From NCBI RefSeq assembly GCF_006345805.1, contig NC_043004.1, positions 77,438,001-77,502,000 of the forward strand: a stretch of 64,000 nt of DNA, in the 5' to 3' direction. This document shows positions 38,225-50,059 of this stretch, piece after piece. The DNA comes from Octopus sinensis. Taxonomy: Eukaryota. The notes below the pieces were generated by a model. It saw only the letters and a list, made by a program, of their open reading frames with translations. It had not been told where the DNA came from and made no database searches. Each line of letters opens with the position of its first letter. The first letter of the stretch is position 1. A program made the translations under genes and the position numbers.

Positions 38225-39496
38225 TTAACGACTTAGTAGAGTTCTTTGGATAAACAAACCGTTTTTTGTTGTTGCTTTTTTTAAGAAATAAACTTTCGAT
38301 TACATGGGTACTTAGGTGTCTTCTACTTTAGCCTTGATTTCTTTCGCCAATAACTTGTAAGAAGAATCTGGAAACGGAAATCATAATAAATCCTTACTGA
38401 GCTTCATGGTTCAATACTAAATTTAGTTATTTCGATTTAAACTGTTGGCGACAGCGCCCTTGCAAGACCACAGTCGACTGTGGTAGCGAGAAAGTAAACA
38501 AATTAAATAGAGGTTTACATATTTTAATAGAAACGTTTGACTTTTTGACGAAATTGGTTTCATTTAGCCGATGGCAATAGTAAACTGGCTGTAGTGTTCA
38601 TGTGGATTGGTTTATATTATTGTTTTATGATTATAATGAACAATCAACGACATTCAGGCTCCACTTGCGTAATCTTCGGACAAAATCGTTCGAGTTATTT
38701 CTGGTTAGAATAATAATAAAATAAAAAACACTTGACTAATTAGAAATTATATATCATGTTTATTTTTTATTGATATCCTGTTGTTGTTGTTGTTGTTGTT
38801 GATGATGATGATGATCTGGAGGAGGAGGAGGGTGGGGTGAGGAGGAGGAGGGTGAGGAGGGTAGGGTGAGGAGGAGGAGGAGGAGGAGGGGTGGGATGGG
38901 AAGATGTGTGGATGGGAGGATGTGTGGAGGGGGAAGACGAAGACAAGTACGATGTCCACAACGACGATGATATTATTGTTCTTGTTGCTACGTTGTTACT
39001 GTTTTAGCCGTAATTTTTTTCTCTAATTACTTCTCTTATCATTTTCTTTTGTTTTTTTTGTTGTTTTTTTTTGCAGAATCACCATTCATAATGTTATTGG
39101 CGCCAACGTTAGTAATACTGAAGGAGCGAACACTAAATGAGTTGTGTTCAGTTATTATCTCGCATTAAAAAAATAATAATAATACTAATAATTGATCAAT
39201 ATTTAATGCAGAAAGATATGCACACAAAAATGGTCGGCTGTCAGACTAAATATCTTTGTTTTGTCTCTGCGGTCTGAGTTGAAATGCCACAAATTTTGAC
39301 CGTACCCATCATCCCAATGGAGTGGAGATGTTAGCTACTAGTTTTCTTATGAAAATTATTATAGGTGCCGGTGTAGCTGTGGGGTACGATATTCGTTCCC
39401 TGTTCATTATACAATCCCACAGTGTGATACCTTTGGCAACTGTCTTCAACTATAGCCCTGGGGCGATTTAATAGAGGGAAAAATGAAAGAAGCCTG

Positions 39497-40782
39497 TCGA
39501 ATGGCTCGCCACTTCATCCTTCATGGATATCCCCTCACCACTATCTACCCTGCTCTTGCCAGAGCACATTCCGTGGACCGTGCCTCTCCTCTTTCTCCCC
39601 GCACCCGCCCCGTCGTTGCCCGTCTCCCTTCACCTAACACCCGTCCACCCTGCTCCTACAACACACCATTCTCCGAGTCTTTCGGCGACTCCAGTCTGAC
39701 TCCTTCACCTCGCACACCTTCCCCAACCTACTCCTTCCCTCATTCAAACGAGCCCACGCCCTGCATGACCTCCTGGTTCACAATTTCTTCCCTAACCCCA
39801 ACTCCCAGCTTGGCTGGTTCCTGCCCACGCTGCCGTACTTGCCCCTACCTCTCCAACACCACCATCCTCACAGGCACCCATCATCGTCCCTATCACCGAC
39901 TCCTTTACCTGCACTTCCTGTAACATCATTTACTGCATATCCTGCTCTTTCTGTCATTCCCTGTACATCGATCAAACGGGACGCCGCTTGGCTAGCCAGT
40001 GCGCAGAGCACCTCCGAGGCATCAGATTCGGTAATGACACCTCGGTCTCGCGCCACTTCTGCTCTACCGCTCATTCACTACGACATTTGTCTGTGTTCCG
40101 ACTGTCTTCACACAGTGGTTATCCGGACTCCCGCCTTCACCGTGAACATGAATTAATCTTCTCTCTTCGCTCCTTTGCGCCACTTGGGCCCAACTCCCCT
40201 CCTCTTTTCATCTGACTCTTCCCTCCTCTCTTCATCTGATTCCTCTCCTCTCTTCACTCCTACTTACCTCCTGTCTTCATTGATGCCACCCCCACCCCAC
40301 ACCCCACACCACTCCACACACACTAGCACTGACCACTTCCCAACACCCACATCACACATAATCATCCACATGCCCATATACCAACATCCACACACCCACA
40401 CACAATCTTCAATAGCATCACCACACATTACAGCCACACGTTACAGACGCACACACATCCCACACGTCAAACCCCTATTCACACACACTTACACATTCAC
40501 ACACACCATTCTCACATACATACACACGCACGCGCACCTTCATTTGGGATCATCAGCACTTTATTATCTCCCTTTCTTCCAACCTCTTCTTTCAAACCTG
40601 ACCGTTAAATCTACAGGGTTTTTTTTAATTCTCTCTCTGTTCATTTTCTCTTATTCCTTTCTGTTGAAGAGCGTAGGCTCGAACCGTAAAAGATTTTTTT
40701 CATTTTCCCGGGCGTCAAACTAATACACCTGCTTGTTGTTCTTACACCTGTCTTCGTCTTTTATTTTTCTATAAATTCCAAC
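39497..40782 (+). mobile_element. Penelope-like element (Neptune-like), 5'-truncated: RT C-terminus, Cys-rich linker, GIY-YIG endonuclease, 3' UTR/pLTR
   Basis: HFILHGYP..., CPRCRTCPY, DSFTCTSCNIIYCISCSFCHSLYIDQTGRRLASQCAEHLRGI...VSRHF...RLHREHELIFSLRSFAPLGPN; stop at 40215; hammerhead fold at 40657. Confidence 0.9.
40657..40692 (+). ncRNA. Minimal hammerhead-like ribozyme, core CUGUUGA, A15.1 mutated
   Basis: CTTT-CTGTTGA-A-GAGC(GTAG)GCTC-GAAC-CG-T-A-AAAG. Confidence 0.6.
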
Positions 40783-40796
40783 TATATATATATATA

Positions 40797-41510
40797 CTAG
40801 CAGTATAGCCCAGCGTTGCTCGGGTTTGTTTTTTAGTTGCGCTTAAAACGGCAGACTTTGATGTCGCGTTAACAAAGTTTTGACATAGTTTCAATCTGTG
40901 AATAAAAGTATAGTGTGGCGATGAATGTGCTGCAAATGTGTAATGCCGACTTCAGTTGTTGGTATTGTTGGTTAATATTCCTTCTATTAACATTATGGAG
41001 AAAAAAAATTACCCGTAGATTTAGAGCAAAATGAAGCTCAAGTTCCGAACTGCACAGAAAATCTATTAAGAAGTGAACACTGCAACAGTATTCATTGAGA
41101 AAAAGTACAGGAAAATCCGTCGTTCGCTCAAAACCAATGACATCACAAAAGAATTCTTTTCGACCCTTTAGAATTGGAATTTTTGAAAAGTAAAAATTTT
41201 GCATTATGTAGCTTGTTATTCTCTTTAAGTGAACATTTTTCTGGTTGAAATACACCGAAAAATGACACAGCAGTCAAAAGATCGTTAAAAATAGGGATTT
41301 TCATAGAAAAAAAAGCACCTTTTTATGTAAGTAATTTTTGGTGTTAACATGGTCCGATTTGAATTTTTTTCTTCTACGGAATGAAGAGCAAGTCTTCTTC
41401 TATCATACTCTCAATTTTGGTCAACTTGCGCCGCAGAGACTCGGAGGAGATAGTGTTAGTTGAAGGCTACCAAACCTGCCACACACACAGACAACTTCAG
41501 CTTTATAAAC
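40797..41510 (-). mobile_element. Non-autonomous Helitron inserted in (TA)n between two pLTRs
   Basis: Plus-strand actagcagtatagcccagcgttgctcggg equals a 3' hairpin plus CTAG on the minus strand; the other end is cacacagacaacttcagctttata. Confidence 0.65.
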
Positions 41511-41526
41511 ATATATATATGTATAT

Positions 41527-41574
<48 letters not shown>

Positions 41575-41575
<1 letters not shown>

Positions 41576-41781
41576 TGTTGATTCGTTAGCTACTGCACGC
41601 ATTTTTTTTTCTCTCCTTCTTTCTGTGTTTTTCTCTCTCTGTGTATCTTTCTGTTGAAGAGCGTAGGCTCGAAACGTTAAAGACTTGTTTTATTTATATT
41701 TCCTGAGCGCCATACTAATACAATTGTTCGTTTGTTTTCCACCTGCCTTCGTCTTTTGTTTATTTTCATAAAGCTTCCCGT
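41575..41781 (+). mobile_element. Second PLE pseudo-LTR copy
   Basis: Similar to 40600-40782, in the same orientation. Confidence 0.8.
41646..41683 (+). ncRNA. Minimal type-I hammerhead-like ribozyme, core CUGUUGA
   Basis: TCTTT-CTGTTGA-A-GAGC(GTAG)GCTC-GAAA-CG-T-T-AAAGA; 5-bp stem I, 4-bp stem II, palindromic stem III. Confidence 0.72.
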
Positions 41782-41791
41782 TATATATATA

Positions 41792-41849
<58 letters not shown>

Positions 41850-42199
41850 ATATTATTATTATTATTATTATTATTTCTAAATCTCTCAAAAAGAGACATT
41901 CAGTAACAGTTCTTTAAAGAAAAATGCTATTTTGTCAACATAATATGGCTATCCTGAAAGGGACGATGTTACTGTTGTTTTAGCCCCAAGAAACATCGTT
42001 TCTAGCTGGCTATACGACACGCTGAGTCTTTATATTTTCAAACAGGAGCTCAGCACTCCCACCTAGTGCAAAACAACAGCTGTGCACTGGTTTCTGGGTT
42101 ATTGCTCTTTATCAACACAGATGGCGTTGCTGAATTCACCGTTCGAACGACTAGTGTGGACTGGAGATCCTTTTCTTCCGAGGTCACGGAAAAGTAGCT

Positions 42200-42802
42200 T
42201 CACTCACAAGAACCCATTGGCGGCAAGTCAATTGAGGTCGAAATTGACGAGTCCTTAACTGTCCGCTGGAAATACGGGAGGGTCGAATCCTGAGCCAAGT
42301 TTGGTTGTTTGGTGGAATGGAGCGTCGTTTTGTCGTGCCTCTTATTGATAAGAAGCATGACAAAATGGCACTGGTTCCTTTGATCCAGAAATATATCAAA
42401 CCTGGCTCAGTTATTTACAGTGATTCTTGGGCTGCTTACAATGATCTAAGCAGTGTGGGTTACCACCATTACGTAGTAAACCATTCTGAAAATGTTATAG
42501 ATCAAACACACCCATACATACACGCACAAAACACTGAACGTTTGTAGAGGGACATAAAAGAGTGGGCGTGAAGGCCAGGTATACGGTCAAAATACTTGCA
42601 TCAGTACTTGGCTAGATAATTCTCCAGGCATTTGGCTGCTATTTTTAGCATATTGACATTTACAGTTTCAGTCCGTTTGGAGTCTTTCATATAAAATTTG
42701 AGCTTAAAAAAAGATTTTTCCATATTCTTAATTTATGTATTTTTCTACGTACATTGAAAAAAATTTTAATTTGGAAACGTTCAGCGGTAAATATGCAACT
42801 TT

Positions 42803-42877
<75 letters not shown>

Positions 42878-42992
42878 TCCCCTCACGCACAAAGATATAT
42901 TTATTTTAAATGGCTTCTTTGGAGAGAGACAACTTTTATTTTCTCTCTCTCACCCCCCTCTCACAAAAATTAGTTTGGGCGCGAAAGATTCC
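42200..42992 (+). mobile_element. Merlin (IS1595/ISXO2-like DDE) transposon, 3' portion
   Basis: VEIDES...QVWLFGGMER...LVPLIQKYIKPGSVIYSDSWAAYNDL..GYHHYVVNHSEN..HAQNTERL...YLHQYLA; probable right TIR ...gcgaaagattcc ending at 42992. Confidence 0.85.
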
Positions 42993-43107
42993 CTAAAACG
43001 CTGGTATAAAGCTGAAAATATTTAGTCGAGGAAAAAAGTGTATTTTGTTGAGAATTAATCCATTTATTTGACAGCAAAGAGGTAAATAGTACTTTGTCAG
43101 TGAACAT

Positions 43108-43139
<32 letters not shown>

Positions 43140-43144
<5 letters not shown>

Positions 43145-44352
43145 TAAAAACGGTAAGATAACAAAAGAAAGAAAGAGACCTCAATATTATGGAAATAGAG
43201 GAAATTTATCTGTAAAATAATATGTGACAATTATTCGGTAGCCAAGATAAAACTCTGAGTTTCGGATGCCTAGGTGGAAATCCACTCTTCGGTTATCTGG
43301 CCATCTGAAAAACGCTATGAAAAAAGACCTTTATACAAAGGGAAATTACTGTGTTATAGTCCGCTACTTATACAAAAGCGCTAATTCGAATGACCGCTAA
43401 AAAAGATAAGGTTAAAAGTTCATAGTAAACACGTAAGCATGCCTGTTCATACGTACACACGTGCGTACGTATACATCACTATGAAAACGTACATATCTTC
43501 ACTTGCATTTTTCGCCAAATGTATATGCATATATATACAAACTCATACACACACACGCGCGCACCGTAAAATTTCATACATACGTCTACATACGCACAAG
43601 AACAAGAAAAGACAGGGTTAAGGGTAACAATACAGAAAAAAAGACATAAGGAAGTATACAAAGAGTAAACCACGTTCATATACACACATACCATTATGCA
43701 CGCACACACACACACACACACACGCCCATATATGTACATACCCGCACACGTCTATATTCGCATACACACGCACGCACAAAAAAAGGATTATACATACGCC
43801 CAAAACAAACAGGAAAAATTGTAAAAATACTGAGTAAAAACGTCTATATATATATATATGTGTGTGTATTCTTATGCCCGCACACACGCACACATCTATA
43901 TACATACATACCCGCCCACTCATACATATTCACCCACGTGTACAAATGAATCTATATACACGTCTATATAGGCACAAGGAAAAATGCAGGATGGAAGGTA
44001 GAGTACAGAAACAATTATCTGTAGTCTTGAGGGGACCAAAAGAGTAACAAAAATTTGGTCACATATGAGCATGATCCGAAAAGTTCTGTCCTTGAGTTTA
44101 GACATGAAGCAGGGTCTAAACAGCTTTTCCAGATAAGCCATCTTTCCATGTCGCATAGACCGCACTTTCCGCTTTTGTATAAGTAGCGGACTATAACACA
44201 GTAATTTCCCTTTGTATAACGGTCTCTTTTCATAGCGTTTTTCAGATGGCCAGATAACCGAAGTGATGGTGGTGTGGATTTCCACCTCGGCATCCGAAAC
44301 TCAGAGTTTTATCTTGGCTACTGAATAATTGCCACATATTATTTTACAGATA
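43140..44352 (-). mobile_element. 5'-truncated Penelope-like element (second family) with inverted pLTR at its 5' end
   Basis: About 43207-43380 and 44170-44352 are inverted copies. Between them the minus strand encodes KCGLCDMERWLIWK...CLNSRTELFGSC..VTKFLL*, matching the CxxC..E...LN.R.EL...C end of PLE GIY-YIG domains. Confidence 0.82.
43241..43301 (-). ncRNA. Type-I hammerhead-like ribozyme, core CCGAAGA
   Basis: GCCAGATAA-CCGAAGA-GT-GGAT(12 nt)ATCC-GAAA-CTC(A)GAG-T-T-TTATCTTGGC. Confidence 0.65.
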
Positions 44353-44371
44353 TATTCGTTGAATATATATA

Positions 44372-44421
<50 letters not shown>

Positions 44422-45079
44422 CGAAAAAAAATTTCAAATTATTCCGGGATATGGGGGGGTCCGGTTTCCCGCCACCCAACTACCCCTTTTCCAAACAAAA
44501 ATAAGGGGTTTGCAACATATTAGGAGGTCAGGGTACTTGATTCCTCGCAAAAAATTCGAGTTTTTTTCTTTTGTTTTTTTTAGTGAAAATCGTGCGGGTG
44601 AAAGGATCAAAATTTACCAAAAAAAATTACATATTCCTTATTTATAATTTAATGAGTTTATATTGTGCTATGGTCTATATCTTTTATATTAAAAACTATA
44701 CAAAGTGCTCAACGTGACACACTTTCCGTATTAATAGGCAGACCATCTCTCCCAATTAGTATTGTAAACAGAGGGTTTACTTTGTGTGTGTTTATGTGAG
44801 AGAGGGAGAGAGAGACTTCATTTAATTCCTCATTATCGGGACATAAGTATCTCATTATTCTTGGGTGTCCCTTTTGACTAATTATAATAGAGTAAATAGA
44901 TGTCGGGTGGTTATAAGTTCCTCGTGCAATATCATAATAACAATATTAACAATGTTCTAAATGACAACAGTATTTTAAGAATATACGTATAGCTGATATC
45001 TCAGATAAAGCTGAAATTCCTGTATCTTAATGTATTGTATACAATTTGTCGTGCCAATCTGTCTGGTGGCATCTGTAAT

Positions 45080-45319
45080 CACACCGCCGCCGTAAACAAC
45101 GGCAGTAATTTTATTCAGCTGAATACACGTCATTGATTGGTTGAAATTACCGAAATACGACTACTTTAACACGAAATAACTTTGAAAATATAAACTTTTC
45201 TCAACAACACTAAGAGTAAAAGATGTTTTATACGACACATTCTACCAATGTCCGAAGTTTGAAAGTGTTTAGTTACAAAAAATAAATTTCTCGATCTGCC
45301 GTTCAAAGGGAAAAGATCC
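45080..45319. mobile_element. Partial MITE, sister of 7280-7531
   Basis: Near-identical body; ends ctgccgttcaaagggaaaagatcc. Confidence 0.78.
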
Positions 45320-46204
45320 GTTGGTACTAAATTAGTAAATGCTTTAAATCTCCGGTCAGTTTAACAAGATACTGTATTATCTTCCGTTATTTTTTTTTCC
45401 GTTAACAAGTTGCTGAATCCCTATAGGTAATGGGAGGGGGTTATGGTCGTTCACGTAATCTAATTGGTCAGCTAATAATATATTTGAAAGGCCATAACGC
45501 TGCCATGGTTAGTTAGTGGTCAACAGATAATACAAACAAACTATATAAAAATTATATGCATGAAAACATAGAAACAAATAATTCCTATTTAACTATAGGT
45601 AGGTGTGAGAGTAAAAATTGACAGAGACTTGATTCGATTAGATTTAATTATATTCAAATAAGAATAATAGAAATAGAAATAAAAAGTTAATGAGCGTATA
45701 GGTTAGGGAATATAGTATAATAGGTTATAGTGATATGACAAGGGGATGTGATTTTTAGATTATTTATTAGAAATAAGTTAATACAAATGTATGAATGTGT
45801 GAGACCGTATATTATTAAAAATGGGAAAACGTGTATCCGTCTCGTTGTTCAATTAATCATCTAATCATTTAGGATCTTTTCCTTTTGAAAAGATCCATCA
45901 TTTATTTTTAGACTATCTATTTATTTAGTTATTTAATTTTTATTTTAGTCTTTTATTTGAGTGGGGGTACCAGCTAAGAGTAGAATGTTTATATTTCGCC
46001 ATTTTTATTTTTATCGTAACCATTTTTTCATAGTATTATTTATTATTTTAATAGTTGAAGGGAGATAACTCTTTATTCACTTTTTGAAATTAATAATATA
46101 CTTAAAACGAGCTAATTAGGTAATGAATCAATCAATTAATTGATTTAATGATAAATCAATCAACTGGTTGTGTATATGGGTTATGTATTAATACTTTCAT
46201 TCCT

Positions 46205-46600
46205 AGGCACAGGAGTGGCTGTTTGGTAAGTAGCTTGCCAACCAACCACATGGTTCCGGGTTCAGTCCCACTACGTGGCATCTTGGACAAGTGTCTTCTG
46301 CTATAGCCCCGGGCCGACCAATGCCTTGTGAGTGGATTTGGTAGACGGAAACTGAAAGAAGCCTGTCGTATATATGTATATATATATAAGTGTGTGTGAA
46401 TATGTTTGTGTGTCTGTGTTTGTTCCCCTAGCATTGCTTGACAACCGATGCTGGTGTGTTTACGTCCCCGTCACTTAGCGGTTCGGCAAAAGAGACCGAT
46501 AGAATAAGTACTGGGCTTACAAAGAATAAGTCCCGGGGTCGACTAAAGGCGGTGCTCCAGCATGGCCGCAGTCAAATGACTGAAACAAGTAAAAAGAGAA
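46205..46600 (+). mobile_element. SINE family A, full length
   Basis: ggcacaggagtggctg head through to the gactgaaacaagtaaaa tail. Confidence 0.9.
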
Positions 46601-46623
46601 AAAGAGAAAGAGAATATGTATAT

Positions 46624-46810
46624 ATTACGGAGATGTACTTGCATAGCAAGTGACCTGATCTGAGATCGTGTGCTGGAACGAAAACAATTGCAGTGTCGAA
46701 GGTGTTTATAAATACACAAAAACGGTTAGATTCACTTCAACATTTAAATTTAATTTGCCAAAATATTTTCGGCGCTTTGAGACCGCGACATGTTCGCTGA
46801 CAAAATTCCG
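46624..46810 (-). mobile_element. Solo PLE-like pseudo-LTR (third family)
   Basis: Repeat of 733-865, set in TA/CA repeats, with a hammerhead fold at 46754-46804. No ORF is attached, so the PLE assignment is inferred. Confidence 0.6.
46754..46804 (-). ncRNA. Type-I hammerhead-like ribozyme, core GCGAACA (G3:C8)
   Basis: TTTGTCA-GCGAACA-T-GTCGC(9 nt)GCGCC-GAAA-ATAT-T-T-TGGCAAA; 7-bp stem I, palindromic stem III AATATT. Confidence 0.55.
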
Positions 46811-47219
46811 TGCTGCATAAATTTATGTATGCATACACACATACACATACATACATATGCATACAGATATATATGCACATACAAATTTATGATTCAGTCT
46901 TGGAGATAGTACTAAATAATGTTATTACTCTGCATATTTGTGGGTTTTAATTCAATTATTTAATTTTATTATTAAAGATGAGTTAGTCTATGTGTATTTG
47001 TTTAAGGTATTAATTAATAGATGGGTTATTAATGTCATTGCTTAAACCATGTTTGTGTATATTATCATTATCATTAATATGAGTGTGGGAAAATATAGCA
47101 TTTGTATAACATAATGGCAGGGTGGTGGTTGTTATATCTGTTCATACTCTTGCTACAACCCTTTCAAATATAATTAGAGAAATAAATAGATTAAATAAAT
47201 TATAGGTGTGCCTATATAC

Positions 47220-47515
47220 ATCACCTGGTCACCTACCGCTCTGGCAGACACACTAATCAGATTGACTACATCCTCACTAGAAAAAGGGAAAGATGGCTGC
47301 TTATAAATGCCAAAACCTTCCCAGGCGAGGAATGTACCCCACAGCATAGACTGGTAGTTAGTGACTTCAGGATCAGGGCTAAATGGATGCCCAGAAGACG
47401 ACCAGCAAGGAGGAGAAGGGTCTGGAGACTTAAAGATCCTGCAAATGGATAGAGATTTAGAGACATATCACTCGAAGCCTTTGACGAAATAGAAGGGGAT
47501 ATAGCTTCACATGTG
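47220..47515 (+). mobile_element. RTE LINE AP-endonuclease C-terminal fragment
   Basis: HLVTYRSGRHTNQIDYILTRKRERWLLINAKTFPGEECTPQHRLVVSDF...VWRLKD. Confidence 0.85.
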
Positions 47516-48267
47516 AAATAATATATTGATTACAATGCATATGATACAATACACATACTGCGCTATTTGCTTTTGGATTAGAATTTTCAACATTGGTCTC
47601 CAAAGAATATGCAGCTGAAACAGAATGGTTGACAGTAAAAGCACAACAGCAAAGGGAGAGAAGGCCAACTGAATCTTCTCTCTCACACATTTGAATCCTT
47701 TCTTGTTATTTCCTATAATACTTTTCATCTTTATTCTGCACAGTTATTTTCACTTTCTTTCCCTACAACACTCTAGCTCTTTCTCTCTCTTTCCCTCTCT
47801 CTCTCCATTTCTTTCCTTCTCTATTGCCTCTATTGCCATTGTTTTCATTAAAAATATGTGATTACAAAGTTTTTCTTTGAGATACTTTGAGAGTATTTGT
47901 GAAATGTCTACACTATATCTATTTGTCATGTCAAAATTTTTTATTTCCAGTTTCATTCTGTGATACAGAAATGTTCAAACCAGGATCTTTTGAATAATGA
48001 AAGCCTCTGGATTTTTTTCTTTTTGTTCTTAAGTCAACTTTGCGCTAACTGTTAGATAACATATTGATTGCAATACAATATACATATTGGTCTATTTATT
48101 TCCAAATTAGAATTTTTTTGTTCAGCGTAGGTAGTTCAAAAATATGAGAGCGAAACGGAACAGATGACAGCAAAGAGAAAGAAAAACAACTAAATCAGAG
48201 AAAACCAGAGCAAAATAACTGAAGCAAATGTCTGAATACGTATGTAGGTGTAGAGAATATGATTCTC

Positions 48268-48622
48268 TGTTGAGGCACGTGAAATCGAAATCGATCAAAA
48301 ATCAATTGAAATTATAGTTGTGATACCAGTGCTGGTGGCATGTAAGAGAACCATCCGAACGTGGCTTTTGCCAGCACCTCCCTGACTGGCCCCCATGCCG
48401 GTGGCACGTAAAAAGCATCAACCGATCGTGACCATTGCCAGCCTCGTCTGGCATGTAAAAAGCACCCACTACATTCACGGAGTGGTTGGCGTTAGGAAGG
48501 GCATCTAACTGTAGAAACACTGCCAGATTAGACTGGGCCTTTTACAGCCACTACACTACTACAATTTCCATTGATTTTTGAGCGATTTCGATTTCGATTT
48601 CACTTGCCTCAACAGGTCTTTG
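48268..48622 (+). mobile_element. RTE 3' UTR fragment with a short inverted copy
   Basis: Matches the RTE UTR at 56890-57430 (gagtggttggcgttaggaagggcatc). 48555-48622 is the reverse complement of its start. Similar fragments lie at 49553-49790 and 62595-62950. Confidence 0.75.
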
Positions 48623-49102
48623 CTAACAGACCCACAAAATGCAGAGAGTCTCTCTGACAATCTTTGCTCACATTACAAAGGTTGCAGATGGTTTGCTGAA
48701 TCGAAATCCATAAACTGTTTTCATTGAAAAGCAAAACTCGACAAATGACATCCTCCTACACCAAATATTCTTAGGTACTTTGATGTTACTCAAATAGGAA
48801 ATAGCTTGCTGGTAAAAATATACATTCATATAACAACGCGTTGTCATATGTTTTTCTGGGTTGCCGAGAAATCACAGCCCCAGGATTTATTTAGTCCTAC
48901 ATCATACCTGTTTCATACAAGCAACTGCTAGAGTGTGTGTGTATATATATATGCCCACTTTTGCATAGCAGAAAGTAATGGGAAAGAGGATATAACTAAC
49001 TGATCTGGATCATTCAAATCGCACACGATGGTAAAGTAACCCTTTCTCTATAGTAATTGTTCTTTCTGTTCCGCATTACAAGCAAATAATGAGGCCTAAG
49101 TA

Positions 49103-49310
49103 GGAGCAACATATAGTCATTGAGTTCTTGATGAAGGAGTGCAGACTGTCCAAAATCTGCAGAAGCCTGCAGGTTGTTTACAGAAATGACACTATTTGGC
49201 AAGAGCAATATGCACAGATGTTTGAAGAAGTTTACAGAAAGAGAAACCAGCATTGAAGACAAAACACTGACTGGAAACTATCAACTTCAACCACTGACGC
49301 GAATATCACC
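49103..49310 (+). mobile_element. Mariner transposase N-terminal fragment
   Basis: EQHIVIEFLMKE...ICRSLQVVY.NDTI/KSNMHRCLKKFTERETSIEDK..TG/STSTTDANI. Confidence 0.65.
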
Positions 49311-50059
49311 TCGTATAAAATGAACAATTCTTCATTTATGACTATATATTAAGTTATGATTATCTTGATTGATCTCTGTCTCGTTGTGGCTAATGAAAAT
49401 ATTACCCCAATTTTTTTTTCACAGAGGTCTAGGCCCCAAGAGGAATAGCAATGTCTTCAAGAAAGTACTTAAGCAGATACCAGAAATGCCAACTCAAGGA
49501 AAAACAATCTAACGAAATTTCAAAATGTCAAAAGCTATCAAACTATTAGCTGCACAGGAGTGCCACTGGACTGACTCCTGTGCAGGTGGCAGGTAAAGAA
49601 AGACCGTTTCAACCCTGTGCTTGAGGAGACCTATTGAGTGAAGTCCATCAACATCAAAAATCAATGGAAACTGTAGTTGTGATCCCTGTGCTGGTGGCAT
49701 GTAAAAAGCACCATCCAAATGTGGTCGATGCCAGCGCCGCCTTGACTGGCTTCCATGTCGGTAGCACGTAAAATGCACCAACCGATTGTGGCCATAATAC
49801 ATAAATTTCATTTCTTGGTTTATAAAATAATCCACAAAAATAAAAGACCATTATCCTTTTCATTCATTCCAAAGCATGTTTTTCCAGCAGCAAATCAACA
49901 GCTTATAAAAAAATTTAACACTGCTACATGCTGGAACTACCATGACTAACACATATACCAAAGACTGATGTAAACCACCACAGGAAAAATAGTAATCTGA
50001 AAAAAAACAGCATTGAAAAAGCACCCAGAATCTAGAGGGCCAACTTCTTTAGCCACTGG

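Noticed and set aside
38747-38961. Pro/Ser/His-rich minus-strand ORFs
   Set aside because: Compound trinucleotide repeat with no complex sequence or clear splice signals.
42200-42620. Bacterial IS1595/ISXO2 element, suggesting contamination or recent bacterial transfer
   Set aside because: Eukaryotic Merlin transposases share this domain; the copy is decayed and embedded among host repeats.
44170-44293. N-terminal half of ORF 44015-44293 as real endonuclease sequence overlapping an antisense ribozyme
   Set aside because: This part is the inverted pLTR copy; similarity to PLE endonucleases starts only at the inversion junction.
44354-44425. Palindrome ttcgttgaa-(TA)n-ttcaacgaa
   Set aside because: Short arms around a self-complementary microsatellite at a junction between repeats; no evidence of function.
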